A stretch of 64,000 nt of DNA from Macrostomum lignano. Taxonomy: Eukaryota. The translations under genes were made by a program, and so were the position numbers. The notes under the pieces are model-generated. The model had not been told where the DNA came from. It searched no databases and saw nothing but the letters and a program-made list of their open reading frames with translations. The number at the start of each line of letters is the position of its first letter. Within the stretch, counting starts at the first letter, position 1. Positions 63,890-64,000 of the stretch are shown in pieces. The DNA lies in NCBI GenBank assembly GCA_002269645.1, contig NIVC01002210.1, positions 128,086-192,085 of the forward strand, in the 5' to 3' direction.

Positions 63890-64000
63890 GACCCCATCAG
63901 ATCCATCCAGCAACGGCCATCCTCCCACATCCTCAGGTGTTGAGCCCCCTCCCGCCACTCCCAGATCCTCAGGTGCTGAGCCCCCACTCGCCACTCCCAG
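63890..64000. repeat. Start of a CCCAGATCCTCAGGTGCTGAGCC-type minisatellite (runs off the right edge)
   Basis: Two to three copies visible. Confidence 0.6.

Overview
Eukaryotic (animal) genomic DNA: GC-rich exons separated by introns that are mostly filled with intron-specific mini/microsatellites. The style suggests a free-living flatworm such as Macrostomum (inference, not proven). Genes reconstructed by hand from GT-AG junctions and reading phase: first exon of an ankyrin-repeat gene (-, 611-1566), apparently inside an intron of an IR25a/IR8a-like ionotropic glutamate receptor (+, 3' exons 2779-5094); an intronless secreted PAN + C-type lectin gene (6795-7538); an uncharacterised gene with a divergent KH-like domain (12713-16900); mitochondrial CLPB/Skd3 (-, 19182-26521); NUFIP1 (-, 27460-30647); a DUF4795 (QRICH2/C16orf96-like) gene (36244-38695); ANKRD42 (41284-48329); a roughly 2,000-aa protein with about 40 or more ankyrin repeats plus a C-terminal pseudokinase, carrying one frameshift (49046-55550); and MRPS21 (63380-63676). 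Mobile DNA: head-to-tail Helitron-like elements (7654-12063 and 22276-23996), three copies of an ~800-bp TIR element (two forming a large palindrome), a foldback-like element, a MITE-like element holding a 28S rRNA-like fragment, a broken RTE-like LINE and a CORE-like tRNA-SINE. Best leads: the ankyrin-pseudokinase, intronic minisatellites built from repeated splice junctions, the tandem Helitrons that share a minisatellite, and tightly spaced same-strand gene pairs that could be trans-spliced operons. All coordinates and alignments were done by eye; no searches were run.
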